Of a DNA stretch of 64,000 nucleotides, positions 35,629 through 48,428 are shown piece by piece. A model generated the notes under the pieces. The model did no database searches. It was not told where the DNA came from and saw only the letters and a program-made list of their open reading frames with translations. Both the position numbers and the translations under genes were made by a program. The DNA comes from Haliotis rubra (taxonomy: Eukaryota), in the NCBI RefSeq assembly GCF_003918875.1, contig NW_025766978.1:1054001-1118000 (forward strand). Direction: 5' to 3'. The stretch's first letter is position 1, and each line of letters opens with the position of its first letter.

Positions 35629-36666
35629 ATCCTTTCTGGCAGAGAGGAAATTAGAGACTGGGAGCGACAATGTTCACAATGTCGTAAGCAGAAGGCGAAG
35701 TAGCACACCAGATCATGGCTCCTCTTCCAAGCATGAGACTCAAACCTTCTCTCCGTGCTTTCACACAAGCAGGACTCGACTTCGCTGGACCTTTTCTGAC
35801 AGTACAGGGAAGAGGAAAAGCAAGAATGAAGCGCTATCTATGCCTCTTCACGTGCCTTGCATCGAGGGCTGTACATCTTGAGATCGCATATGGCCTGGAC
35901 ACCAATTCCTTTCTCAATGCATTTTATCGCATGGCCAGTCGCAGAGGACTCCCAGAGGACATTGTTTGTGACAATGGAACAAACTTCGTTGGGGCAGAGA
36001 AAGAGCTAAAAGAACTCGTTGCTTGTCTGGACAGTGATGCTTTGAAACGAACATTAGCAAATCGTGGAACAAAATGGAAGTTTAATCCTCCATATGCACC
36101 TCACTTCGGAGGTGTGTTCGAGACAATGGTCAAGGCAGCCAAAAAAGCAATCTTCGCTATTCTGGGAAACAGTGATGTAACAGATGAAGAACTCATGACA
36201 GCGTTCATTGGAGCAGAAGCCTTGATGAATTCCCGCCCATTGACCTATCAGACAGCACATCCACAGGATGATGTACCTCTGACGCCGAACCACTTTCTTC
36301 AAGGACAGGCAGGAGGCACCTTTGCTCCGGAATCGGTGGATACAACGACCTTCAACCCAAGGAAACGATGGAGAAGGATACAAGAGCTTATACGGCACTT
36401 CTGGAGCAGGTGGATGAAGGAGTGGATACCCAGTCTTAACAGACGGAGGAAGTGGCTCACTCGTCAACAGGATATCAACGTGAATGACATCGTGCTGGTG
36501 ATATCGCCTAACACTCCACGTGGACACTGGCCTATGGGACGAATTATCAAGACTCACCCTGGGAAGGATGGTTTTACAAGAGTGGTGGATATACAGACTG
36601 GTAAAAGTTTTGACCAGGCCAGTGACGAAAGTGTGCAGTCTGGAAATGGATTCCATCAACTGTTAG
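35629..36666 (+). CDS. BEL/Pao polyprotein part 3: integrase (two further 1-nt indels)
   Basis: CSQC zinc motif, GLDFAGP, CDNGTNF, FETMV and WPMGRI; repaired C-terminus VLTRPVTKVCSLEMDSINC with stop at 36664-36666. Confidence 0.9.
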
Positions 36667-37022
36667 TTTCAAGGATTGAAAAAGAACAGGATTCTGTGGA
36701 CACTGTGACATTCAAAATGTGGACTTTTGGAGATTCGTGGATGTGTGGAACTGAACTGTGAACATTTTATGTAACATTCTGGAAAAGTATTTTCGCAATG
36801 ATGGATTTATTGTGACATGGGATTATTGTGACACTAGATATATTGTGACATTGGAATTATTGTGACACTGAAAATGTTGTGACAATGGATTTATTCTGAC
36901 ATTTGTGACATTGGATTTATTCGCTGTACTTACAGAATGTTTGGATATATGAGTGGATGCTATTAGGATATTATTTTGAATCGGGTAAGTTCGTTATTTG
37001 TGTTGATAAACTCCGTTCTATC

Positions 37023-37033
37023 AAGGAGGGGGA
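37023..37033 (+). promoter_or_regulatory. Polypurine tract
   Basis: AAGGAGGGGGA, 2 nt before the 3' LTR. Confidence 0.9.
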
Positions 37034-37035
37034 TA

Positions 37036-37460
37036 TGGACAAAAGGATTGTCCACATAAATGTATTGTTCATTCGTTGTACTGATTTATTCACTACTGTT
37101 AACCAGACAGGTTATTAGGTTTCAGTTTGTGTACATACGAACAGTTCGCGAAAACACACCTGACAACAACTTACTTCGCGGAAAGCTCGAGCATGAAAAA
37201 AGCATGCGTTTTCGCCACGTGTGGAGTTCGAAGGGAAATTGTAGTTAGTTCGTTTCGATATGTTGATAAGGCAGCACGCCTTGAGATCGTTCGTTAGTGG
37301 TAACCATTTGGGTGTTAGATTGTTTGACAGAGGTTTAGTGTAATAGAAACTTAGGAATGTAAGATATTGTAAAGGTAATAAAAGGTAAATTAAAACAAAT
37401 ATTAGATTCTGATTTAGTGGTTTTGTTTGATATCACAACTAGTACAGTTCCTGCTGACCA
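37036..37460 (+). repeat. 3' LTR (425 bp)
   Basis: Direct repeat of 30434-30859. Confidence 0.96.
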
Positions 37461-37799
37461 TTCGATTGCGAGATTGCGTGTGTAGCTTCACACAGACATG
37501 GAGTGTCTGTGAGGGTGTGCGATCGTCTGTAGAAATATCTAAAAATATAACCGTGGCTTATAAAATAATAGACAATCTAGTAATCGATATCAATGCCAGA
37601 CTAAAGTAGAAGCAACCCAGTCTGATCACCCTGTCCTTTAATTCGCATTTCACAAATGGCCTTAACATATTAAATATATATATATTTGTAATTTAAATTT
37701 GTTTCTGAATCCCTGTTACAGTCAAAATTAAGCAGCCAGGGGACAGCTCAGTCTGAAGATATACAGTAATTTAATGGGATACAGGTGGAAGTTTTTACT

Positions 37800-38700
37800 C
37801 ACCATTTACACAAGTACAAGCCATGTTATAAGAGCCATTTGGAATAAAATTCAGCGTTACAGCTTTTGTTAAAGAAAATACATTTTTCAATACTATATCT
37901 CAACTCACTTCTGAACTGAGCAATATTTGGTAAAACAGAATTGAGCTTGCATCTGTACAAGTAATATTTTCCCAATAATATGAACAAGTTAAATACAGAG
38001 TCAGTAAAAACATTTTTCTTACAGCCAAACATTATCAGTTCCATAGTGAGATTGAGATCATGGATGTGGTAACAACTTTCTGTTAACCACGATAAAAAAT
38101 TTGACCAAAATGTTTGCACAAATTCACATTCCCATAACAAGTGACAAATAGATTCAGTTTCTTCATTACAGAATGAAAATAAGTCAGAATCTTTTATTTT
38201 AACTTTTTTAAGAAATGTATTGGCAGTTCTATGGAGTATCACAATTTGGTGTCATGTGTTGATTTTTAAAAACGATTTTAGGAAAATACAGTTCCAGTCA
38301 AGACCACACTGAAAATCCTCTTGCCACTTTAACTGTGCTCTTGGTGTCCTATTTGAAGAACAGAGGATATAGTAATAGGCTTTGGAGCCTTTATTAATTG
38401 AAAGTAACAACCGAGTAATTGGTAATCCCTGCACATTGTCCAGTGTTTTCTTTCACAATTGACAAGCCAGAAAATATTTTCTTATAGAGCTAATGACACC
38501 ATAGTATTCTAAAAATGATAAATTCAATTGATACCTTTCATTAAAATCAACCAGAGACAGATAATTGCCATTTTCATCAACAAGATCACAAATTTGAGAG
38601 ATACCCCTTTGAAACCACTCTTCATAAAAATAGTTTCTCATCAATAACAATATTGCTATTATAAAATATATGATCAGACAAGAAATCTGATATATATGTC
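37800..38700 (-). mobile_element. 5'-truncated, frameshifted L1/Tx1-type LINE, ORF2 C-terminus
   Basis: Fragments WFQRGISQICDL...FLEYYGVISSI and FCNEETESICHLLWEC...FW (C-terminal zinc knuckle), plus FILLGKYYLYRCK. Confidence 0.8.
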
Positions 38701-39927
38701 TGAGGCCAGTGTATATCTGTGTAGGTCTCCCTATGTCTGCTGTCTCCCTAATGCTGGTTTATATATACATAAACAAGACGAGGATCTAACTTCCTAATTT
38801 GTTTTGAGAACCTGCAAATTGTCACATAATGTGGGTCTATGGCTGTATAAGTCTCTCATACACACAGATATCACTGACCAGTTTCTACAGACCGGCCCAA
38901 ACAGTTTCAGCATTGTAAAACCAAAAATACAAAAACAAAATCAAGTATTGTAAAGTTGTACTTCTGTGAGCAATCAGCCGAGACGTTCCAGACGTCCTCA
39001 TGCCAAGACCTGCCAGGAGTGATATGTCTGCTAGAGGTGCTACAAGCACCGTGATCATCACAAATAGGTAGCATGTAAGTCACCGATAAATCGGCCACTT
39101 TCGGACCTATTTCTGTAATTCTATAATCACGTGACACATTCTACCTGACGCCCAATTCTATTGGATAAAATAGCGGAATCGTGGACTTCCGGCTTAAATG
39201 CGAGCAAATTCAGTGAACATTCAAAAGCTAGGTGACTGACAATTAAATCTCATTGAAAAGTCCATCGCTAAGTATCCTTCAAATGGCTTATTTAATTGTG
39301 AAATAGACTTTATTGAGGTCTTTTCAATGAGATCAATAGCGCCTGCTCAATGCGGCTATTAGCGGTAAGTGATGCAGAGTGGGATCCTCTACATGCATCC
39401 GTCTCCCCGCGACATGACAGCAAGTATTCCAGGTTTTGACACTTCCAGTTTTTGTCGTCATGACAACCGGACGCCAATGGCAGGGCCTCCTTTTTGCCGT
39501 CTTGGTATCGAATATTGGCTATCGAATCGTTCTGGCTGGAATCACACCTTGTCAGTTCATGTACATTTTTTACTGTAAGCTGATAGATTTATCGAAAACA
39601 TATACTTGAGGACCTGTACAAGATGTGACACGCTGGATGGGGTGGTGGGACATACCGGGAAAGCTATAGGCAGTATTACCCTGTTGTTGCGACTTTCATC
39701 GACAGACTTGGTGTAACCAATCAGTTGGTGTAACCAAAACAGACCTATTGAGGTAACGCTGAGCTCAAAACGGGTATCTGTGTTTCCACACACCTGGTGG
39801 TGTGTGAATAAAGTTGAGCCAACTACATGTGGTCAGGTTGAGCGTCGACTTCAAACAGGTTGTTTGGGGAGAGTCGTGATCCAAGACGGGTGGACACTCC
39901 GGAGTTACAAGGGCATACCAGGGGTGT

Positions 39928-40110
39928 TCGATGCAGAAAGTGGAGATTATACGGGTAGTCGTATGGGTGGTCGAAGCAGAAAGTGGAGATTACACGGGTG
40001 GTCGTATGGGTGTTCGATGCTGAAAGTGGAGATTACACGGGTAGTCGTATGGGTGGTCGATGCAGAAAGTGGAGATTACACGGGCAGTCGTATGAGTGGT
40101 CGAAGCAGAG
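39928..40110. repeat. 43-bp tandem repeat, about 4 copies
   Basis: Unit GAAAGTGGAGATTACACGGGTAGTCGTATGGGTGGTCGATGCA. Confidence 0.9.
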
Positions 40111-42293
40111 CGTTGATTTCAGACTGGTAGTTGGTGTGGAACGTTCACATCGCCACGGTGGTCGGTCATGTGAGAGCAGTGGTGAGTTGAGATTACCTTG
40201 CCAGCAAGTCGTTGCAAGTTAAAAATTGGTTTTCTTATTGGAAAAAAATCAAACTTTGTGAAATATTTTGGATTGTCGCAGAAACCACGCAGTGTAGGAA
40301 TCTGACACAGCCAACAGTTTGTCAAAACAAAGAGGTCAAGAAGAGCCCAAACACTAGTTTTGTTCATATGCGTTTAGTGATAATGCGGTTAAGAACTAAT
40401 TCATTGACATTTTTTAATTCAAAACACAAACCAAAATTTTTATTTGTCGTAAACTTCTTATAAATCACAAACGAACATATCTGATATTTAAACAAGGAAT
40501 AATAAAACAAATATTGTGAAGGTTTTCTTGTGAAGCTGTTTTAGACATCCTAGACTGTTCCAAGATTCGGTCATGCTTTAATATTGCTGTTTATTATTAA
40601 TATTTAATTGTTTCCTTCAGACATCATGTCAAGTCACGTGCAGCAGTTTCACTGTACTGGTGAACTACAGTGCCTTGCAATTAATTGTTATCTTTCTTTG
40701 GGATGAATGCATGTGATAATAACGTTTAAATTTAGAAAAATGCGAATTTCACTTCTTTCTTATATAGGGCAATGTGAAAGGGTCACAAATAGCTTCTGTT
40801 CATGTAAATATAATTTATGAGTCCAAACTCAAATACTGAAACTTATACCGCTTGCCTCTTTGAATGTTCCTGTACGCCCACAACCTGGGGTCAAATCACA
40901 AGAACGCACCGTCGCAACAGCGCACCGACGTTGCCCCTGACATTCAGCTACAACACAATGTTCCATGTACAAAAGATGTATATTTTCATCCCAGTACTGA
41001 TGACTCGGCATTGATTACGCTGCAAAACTAGATTTCTCCATCAGCGTCCTCTAATCGTTCTTAGTTCTCGCTTCTGTCAAATCTAACGTAGCTCGGAGAT
41101 CTCAACAGCGGCATTGTTGACCAGTCTCTTAAGATGCGTGTTCACTTGCCTGTCCATTGTCCCCATTGTTTGGCCTTACCGTGTAGTCGGACACAGGGGG
41201 AGACGTGCCCGGGTTCCCTTCCCCTCGACTGACTTCACCCGGACAGGACAGCCAGGCAGTGTTCTGGAAGTGTTGAGCTTATTGGCTGGGTTTAGTCTAC
41301 TGAATGTGGACTGCGCTAACGACAGGAAGAGAGTCGGCGGCTTTATTCGCCTACAGCAAGGGAAGAAGACCCAGAATATGAATTATGCACGAGGCTGTAA
41401 TATGATAGGGACATACTGACCAATGGCGAAGAAGGTTCCATCGCTGACCAAGGTCATCGTCTTGATCATGCAGTTCCGCTAAAGACGATCGGACAATTAG
41501 TGTTGTTTTCAATGGTCATTGATGTTCATGTGCAACCCCTCCAACCATGGGACAATCGGCGGACATGATGCATACAATATCACCTTTATTCCTAACATAT
41601 GATATCTACTATTTGAAAAAAAACACTGGGTATTAAACGTTTTGTCACGTCAATTCGTAAGTGTAGGTTGTAGATGACGTAGGAACTCACTTTAAAAAGT
41701 GCCTAGTGGTGAGCGACCGTATATATTTACATAATCACTCACGCACAGGTAAGCCCTCCCGTAAACATGTTGAGAACGTTGATAGGGCCTAGCATATACA
41801 CGTACATGACTTACTAAAGTAGCTCATGCTCGATCACCTCATTTGAATATTTATCAGCTCGCATTTGATTATGGATTCATATATTCATTATAATACACAT
41901 TAATTCTTAAAATTGATATATAAGTTATTAAACCGGAACATCAGTGATAAACACATATCTGTGTCACTGATCAGGGCAAAACGAGTTGGGGTAATTGGCC
42001 GAATGTAGAAATTGTCTCTTTGTAGTAGATATATTCTGTCTATACAGTCTAGGTAATAAACAGTCTAGACAAATGGTATGCATTATTTCAATGTAGTCAG
42101 GGAAATCACTGATTGGTTGATCGTCCTCGTGTAATTAAGGTCAGCAAACAAGTGTATTGTTCTTTGTCTTCCCAGTGACCGTCACTGGACTAAATTTAGC
42201 AACACTCCTTAAAAGTAAGGCTGACTCTTACCGTTAGTTCCGGTTTAATATTCCAGGTGAAAAAAGACTGTCGTCATCAAAAGAAACCCCCGC

Positions 42294-43223
42294 TACAAAC
42301 AGTCCAGTACACACCGTGTGTGAGAGGACTTTCATGTTGTAACCGCGATACAAACAGTCCAGTACACACCGTGTGTGAGAGGACTTGTTGTAACCGCGAT
42401 ACAAACAGTCCAGTACACACCGTGTGTGAGAGGACTTTCATGTTGTAACCGCGATACAAACAGTCCAGTACACACCGTGTGTGAGAGGACTTTCATGTTG
42501 TAACCGCGATACAAACAGTCCAGTACACACCGTGTGTGAGAGGACTTTCATGTTGTAACCGCGATACAAACAGTCCAGTACACACCGTGTGTGAGAGGAC
42601 TTTCATGTTGTAACCGCGATACAAACAGTCCAGTACACACCGTGTGTGAGAGGACTTGTTGTAACCGCGATACAAACAGTCCAGTACACACCGTGTGTGA
42701 GAGGACTTTCATGTTGTAACCGCGATACAAACAGTCCAGTACACACCGTGTGTACAAACAGAGTGTGAGGACTTGTTGTTGTAACCGCGATACAAACAGT
42801 CCAGTACACACCGTGTGTGAGAGGACTTTCATGTTGTAACCGCGATACAAACAGTCCAGTACACACCGTGTGTGAGAGGACTTTCATGTTGTAACCGCGA
42901 TACAAACAGTCCAGTACACACCGTGTGTGAGAGGACTTTCATGCTGTAACCGCGATACAAACAGTCCAGTACACACCGTGTGTGAGAGGACTTTCATGTT
43001 GTAACCGCGATACAAACAGTCCAGTACACACCGTGTGTGAGAGGACTTGTTGTAACCGCGATACAAACAGTCCAGTACCCACCGTGTGTGAGAGGACTTT
43101 CATGTTGTAACCACGATACAAACAGTCCAGTACACACCGTGTGTGAGAGGACTTGTTGTAACCGCGATACAAACAGTCCAGTACACACCGTGTGTGAGAG
43201 GACTTGTTGTAACCGCGATACAA
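42294..43223. repeat. 55/51-bp minisatellite, about 17 copies, palindromic unit
   Basis: Unit TACAAACAGTCCAGTACACACCGTGTGTGAGAGGACT(TTCA)TGTTGTAACCGCGA. Confidence 0.96.
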
Positions 43224-43927
43224 AAAACAGTTCAAAGGAACGTCCTAAATTGTATCCCCAAATTTGTGAAATATAGACACCAAAGGTTGGAGCTGCTCAG
43301 CACATGGGGGAGATTACTACAGGCAGGTCACTCTGAACCCTCAAGCATAAATCTAACTATGAAACAGGGGTCTTTGGTCTCAAGAATACACAGTAGCAAC
43401 CCGTCTTGATTATCAGATTATTATTAGAACCCATTGGAGCAAAATGCACAAGAGTTGGGACCATTACATAAATGGATCACTTAGAGTCACTGATGACACC
43501 AGATGATAGTTCTTAAATACTCACGAAAATGTTTTTTTAAAACAACCAACAAGTCTGTTGCAGCGACTACATTGACTGACACCCAGATTAACAGGTTTGA
43601 GAACCAGGCATGGCTATGAATATTTCCCTATGATTCGCCAACACCTGGTGTCTTCACTGATTTTCACTGATCCAGTTACATAATTTTCACAGTTATATTT
43701 TGCCCTCCATCTGGAATCTGTTCTGATGGTATTCTCGGGATTCCTTTGCACTTACGGTCTATATTTACGTATAGTATGGACTTCGAGAATGACCCGGACT
43801 TGCCAAGTGGTGCGGTTTATGAAGGATTCAGTTCCTTATGGATGAGACAGAATTCATAATAAACGAATTTAATTTCAATTTTATAAATCGCACTTCAAAA
43901 GTTTGAATTTGAATGTTTCGATCATGA

Positions 43928-44162
43928 CACGTGAGGATCCGCCACACAAGCATTGGTCTTCTACAACCATTGCTTGTCGAAAGTTTCCACTCAAGGGCTT
44001 GGGTAGTTAGGATCGATGACTTGGTTGATGCTTGTCACAGTATCCCATTTCGGTAGATCGATGTTCTTAATGTCCATCATTGGATCATCCGGTCCAAAGC
44101 TCTATTATTTACAGACTGTCTTAATGTAACTTGAATATTGCTCGGTGCGGCGTTAAACAACA
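43928..44162 (+). mobile_element. SINE family A, diverged copy
   Basis: Colinear with the 21916 copy; ends GAATATTGCTCGGTGCGGCGTTAAAC. Confidence 0.7.
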
Positions 44163-46632
44163 CAATTTTATATAAAACAGAAACAGTTGTCATACAGGTA
44201 ATAGTTAGGAGCTATGTTTGATAGTGACATGAAAGCTTTGTATGACTTCAGTAAACTAATATTAAGGCCATTAAATATAAAGAGTGTTCTCGGTTTCTAT
44301 GGTGTTACAAATAGTGATGTTGTCTTGATTAACAGCCAAAGTTTATGTACTCGATGAATATCGACGTCCCCACTGTTGAACACAGCTCCAGGTTGATGGC
44401 AATCGGAGGGACGCTGGAAGGCAAACACTGAAACACCGCATCAATATTTTTGTTCCATCGAGGGCATAATACATTTCTGAGTTATAATGAAATTATTCAT
44501 TCACTAACCTAGCTGTTAGTAGCAGTTAGTGTAAATCACGAGGACTGTGTTCTGCCAGAAATACTTCACACAGAAACGTTTCATTCTGTGAGCTGTCAAT
44601 AACAAAGGTTCTATTTCCGGATGCTAATTTACTAAAACAAAATGGAATTATTACCTGTCCGAAACATTTTATCACCATTGTGTTTAATCCTCAACGGGAA
44701 TAAGTCCCAGTTTATTGAAGTATTTGTTCAGGAGAAGAAATTAATTTTCCGACTCACTGCAAACAAGACGGCGATACAAATGATGTTTTATTGTCCACCC
44801 GGTGGGGAAGGGGGGGCAGCTGTGATATAATGGCTAGTTGCTGGTGGCTAAGATTATATAACGCCCTGGCGGGGTGTAACTGATACGTGGTGTATCGATT
44901 AAGGGCAGGCACGATGCTAATCAGGAACATTGATCTACAAATAACAATTGGTCATTGATCATTTAATCCTGTCAACGAAACACACTTCATTCCTGATTGC
45001 AGATTATTGATATCATTAGAGTACAGGCCGGTTTACAGGAGTGCGACATTTGTAACCGTCTAAAAGTGCAACAACACTTTTGGTATAGTCTAACAGAAGG
45101 GTGGCAGTATTTCTTTGCAATATTTTCTATAACATATGAATGAAACTGCTTATTTCAGATTTTCCTCACAATTCTGGAAACAGTGGTACGTTTTACGAAA
45201 AAAAGTGTTTTTTAATATTTCTTTGACGAAACTCACTTTTCATTTCAAAGAAAATGTGATTTATAGCGAGTTATAAATTAAACCTATCCCAAACTCATAA
45301 TGGCAAGACCTTTCACTCCACAGAACATCTCTCTGCTTTCTGAGGACAACCCAAAAGGAGGCTGTATCACGTGACCTTCGCAATCAGCCAGTTAGGATCG
45401 AGGCTTCTAAATTCTCAGACCAAAAAACATTCAGACAAGGGTGTATGATTTCTGTACTTCGAAAACGAATATTACCTATGAACTCCCAAAGCGAAGTAAT
45501 GCCGGACAATGATAATGTAGATATTTATACATCCCATCATTTGTGAACATGCACAACTTGAGTTGTTTTCAGTAAAAAACATGATTTCACCAAATCAAGT
45601 CAAGTGGTCTTATTACGTTGCCAAGGGCGGTGGGGTAGCCTAATGGTTTACTTAGTCGGGGAGGAAAAGAAATCCAACCGACTTGTTGGAGAAGGTGACG
45701 TCTGATTGGTCCTTGCTGAAGAAACGTCGCATGTTTCGCCTCTGTTGGATTGCCAGTGTTCCCTCACGTTTTATCCATCGCGCCCTTCTGTGAATGTGTT
45801 CCTGATCTTGACACAGACGTCAAGACAAAGACGGTTCATCCACGGTTCCACAGACACTGAACTCCAAGGAACGGTTTACCCAAACGACCCCGACAAGTCA
45901 TCCAATATCCCTTTTCCGCTCTTACAACACCCTTGTGTTAACATATACTCTCATATTGGATTCCAGGATAAAACTCATGTTTAGACATTTTTTAATAGTT
46001 ACAAAACCCCAAACTGAAGCCACATATGATTCTATTCATGTCGATTCATGTGAGCCTGATATAAGAAGGTAAAGCATTGAAATGACGTCATTGTCACCAA
46101 GGAAACACGGTGCAGTGACTGACTTGTTTTTGACACCGCTTGGAATAGTGAAGAAGATTGGAGAAGGTTACCGCTTTGTTGGACGCGCAGTCTCGGTGGT
46201 GGAAGGTGCCGATAATCCATATATCATGTCACAATCCAGATATCATATCCCAAATGACAGTCAAGAAGATACCACCAAACTAAAACGAATGATAAACAGC
46301 GGATCATGCTACGACAAAGGGATGCAACCCTGCACCAAACTCAAAATCATTATAATTGTTTTATACATTTCCTGTCGTTACAGATATGGAGTGAAGGTGT
46401 CGCCGCTGGTGACGTCCCGCGACATCAATGACGTTGACATGTTCCCCCAATCGGGACATTTACTGCATGCTAGGAATCTAAAAACGAATGTCAGATAAAG
46501 TGCTTTTTTATATCGTTGCAGATGAACACACTCTGTCAGTAGTGACATGTGTAGAAACAAACATGCAAAACCACAACTCCCGAATGTAATGACATGTACA
46601 AAATATTCCAAGCATGATGTCCGATTCAATTC

Positions 46633-46993
46633 GACCGCCTCCGTGGTGTAGTGGTTAGAGCGTCCGCCCGGAGAGCGGAAGGTCGCGGGTTCCCCGGCCG
46701 CGTCATACCAAAAGACGTTAAAATATGGTACTTGTTGGTCCCTGCCTGGCGCTCGGCATTAATGGGTACAACAAGGACTGGTCGGCTCGGAGTCAGTATA
46801 ATGTGTCTGAGTGGGGTATTCATGCTTCACTGCGGCATGGTATCTCAGTGGGCTAGCACTATAAAACCAGCTTAAGTTTGGGCTAGTACAAGCAGCCGCA
46901 CATACACATACACACACATGCACGTCGTCATTTGAGCGAAATATTCTCAAGCACGACGTTAAACCCAATTTCACCTCACCTCGCCTCACCTCA
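46633..46993 (+). mobile_element. Full-length tRNA-derived SINE (family C, Meta/MESC-like core) with 12-bp TSD
   Basis: A box TGGTGTAGTGG, partly deleted B box GGGTTCCCCGG, (CACCT)n tail; TSD CCGATTCAATTC at 46621-46632 and 46994-47005. Core assignment is from recalled similarity only. Confidence 0.85.
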
Positions 46994-48428
46994 CCGATTC
47001 AATTCCCAATTTTGACTTGTACCCCATGTTCAGGTGGGTGGGAGCTATATTGATTTAATGCAGGATGCAGGATACAAACACCTTTTCGCGAACACTTGGT
47101 GTCATCACTGTTTGGTACTGAACAATAAACACGGAATTGCAAGGAATTGGTCTCTGCTTTTAGCAGAGAATTTTACAATTATGGAAATGTGTTACTATTT
47201 ATTAATATGTTATAGTGCTAACAATGACAGATACTATCTCAGGTTTAATGGCTTTGTTCTGTGGAAATGATGGAAATTTGCTCTATTTCAAATCAATGAC
47301 GAATAAGGAAGCTAATATATGAACACACACAACATTTGCAGTCTCCATTGGAATCAATACACCTCAATGTGTGTGTCCCCGTGTCGGTGTGGACGGAACA
47401 CGCCGTCATGTCGCCATTACACCAGGCAAACCGGAAATGCATTAAAATGCACTTTCCCATCAAAGACATACAACTGGGAATTAAGTAGATAACTTGCAAA
47501 AAATATCACATATTGATCAAATATATAAATGCTATTTCATTCCTTGGAAGGCATGTTCGATTCTTTAGCCTCTAATTTGGTCAAATTGGCATATACATTT
47601 CCATAACGCGTTCGCTATGAGGCGTAAAAGGTGACAGGTAGACATAAATGTCAGATGTCTTGAGCGGAACAAGGTTTGAAAAATACGATATTCATGAAGT
47701 ATAACTCCTTGATAAATTGCGCATGATACGGAAGCAGCAGAACTCCAGAGAACAAATTGTCTTCGCCTTTGTTGAGTGGTATTGGACAAACACTAGTGCA
47801 TCAAGTTAACTATGAAAAGTGCCATTTTTAGATTTGTCAAACACAAATCTTAACAGAAATCGATTTAGTTTACCATTTGTATCGATTAATGATTTTCTTT
47901 GTGACGATTAGCGTGAACTGTAACATTAAAACACGGCATGTTAAGATGGCGCGGCAAGATGCCCGTTAATACCGTCTTTACCATGCTTGTGGTTTTCACT
48001 GTATCCATGGTTAGACCCTGTATATGTAAAGGACGTCAAAAAAACTTTCAAGAAACATACACATCTCTGGAGAAAGACCCCCATGCAGACGTACTAGACC
48101 AATAAGCCCGACCATGTCGTTTTTGATAAATCAGCTGAAATATTTTATATCAATAAACTTTATGTCATTTTTCACACAAATGTGATTACTACTTGACAAG
48201 ACGTAGGAACAACATGGCAAGGATGCGAGCCCCGCTTACGAAATGTCACCCTTGCCTCCTGACTACCAAGTTGTCCAGCTCCACATTGATCTCGGGGCCT
48301 CAGATTCCGAATCTGTTGACACATTGGGAGAGTGTCTGGCTTTTCTGCCAGAAACACACCCTTTCTGTTTCTGAAACTCTGGGTAATGCAGAAGGCTGCA
48401 GGTTTGGTGACTTCTTGGAGGGTTCGAC

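Larger units (their letters stand above)
30434..37460 (+). mobile_element. Full-length BEL/Pao LTR retrotransposon
   Basis: Two LTRs, PBS, PPT, and gag(triple zinc knuckle)-PR-RT-RH-IN order with Pao-type motifs YLPHFPVVR, VFDASA, GPKLQ, YMDD and FDPLG. Confidence 0.97.

Noticed and set aside
36054-36659. 201-aa antisense ORF (also 32619-33143)
   Set aside because: Shadow of the integrase/protease coding strand; no recognisable motifs.
39125-39195. Cluster of CACGTG, CCAAT and ACTTCCGG motifs
   Set aside because: No associated exon or ORF; such clusters are common inside invertebrate DNA transposons.
43490-43530. CTGATGA...GAAA hammerhead candidates (also 29890-29912 minus and 40997)
   Set aside because: No pairable stem II or correctly placed cleavage triplet.
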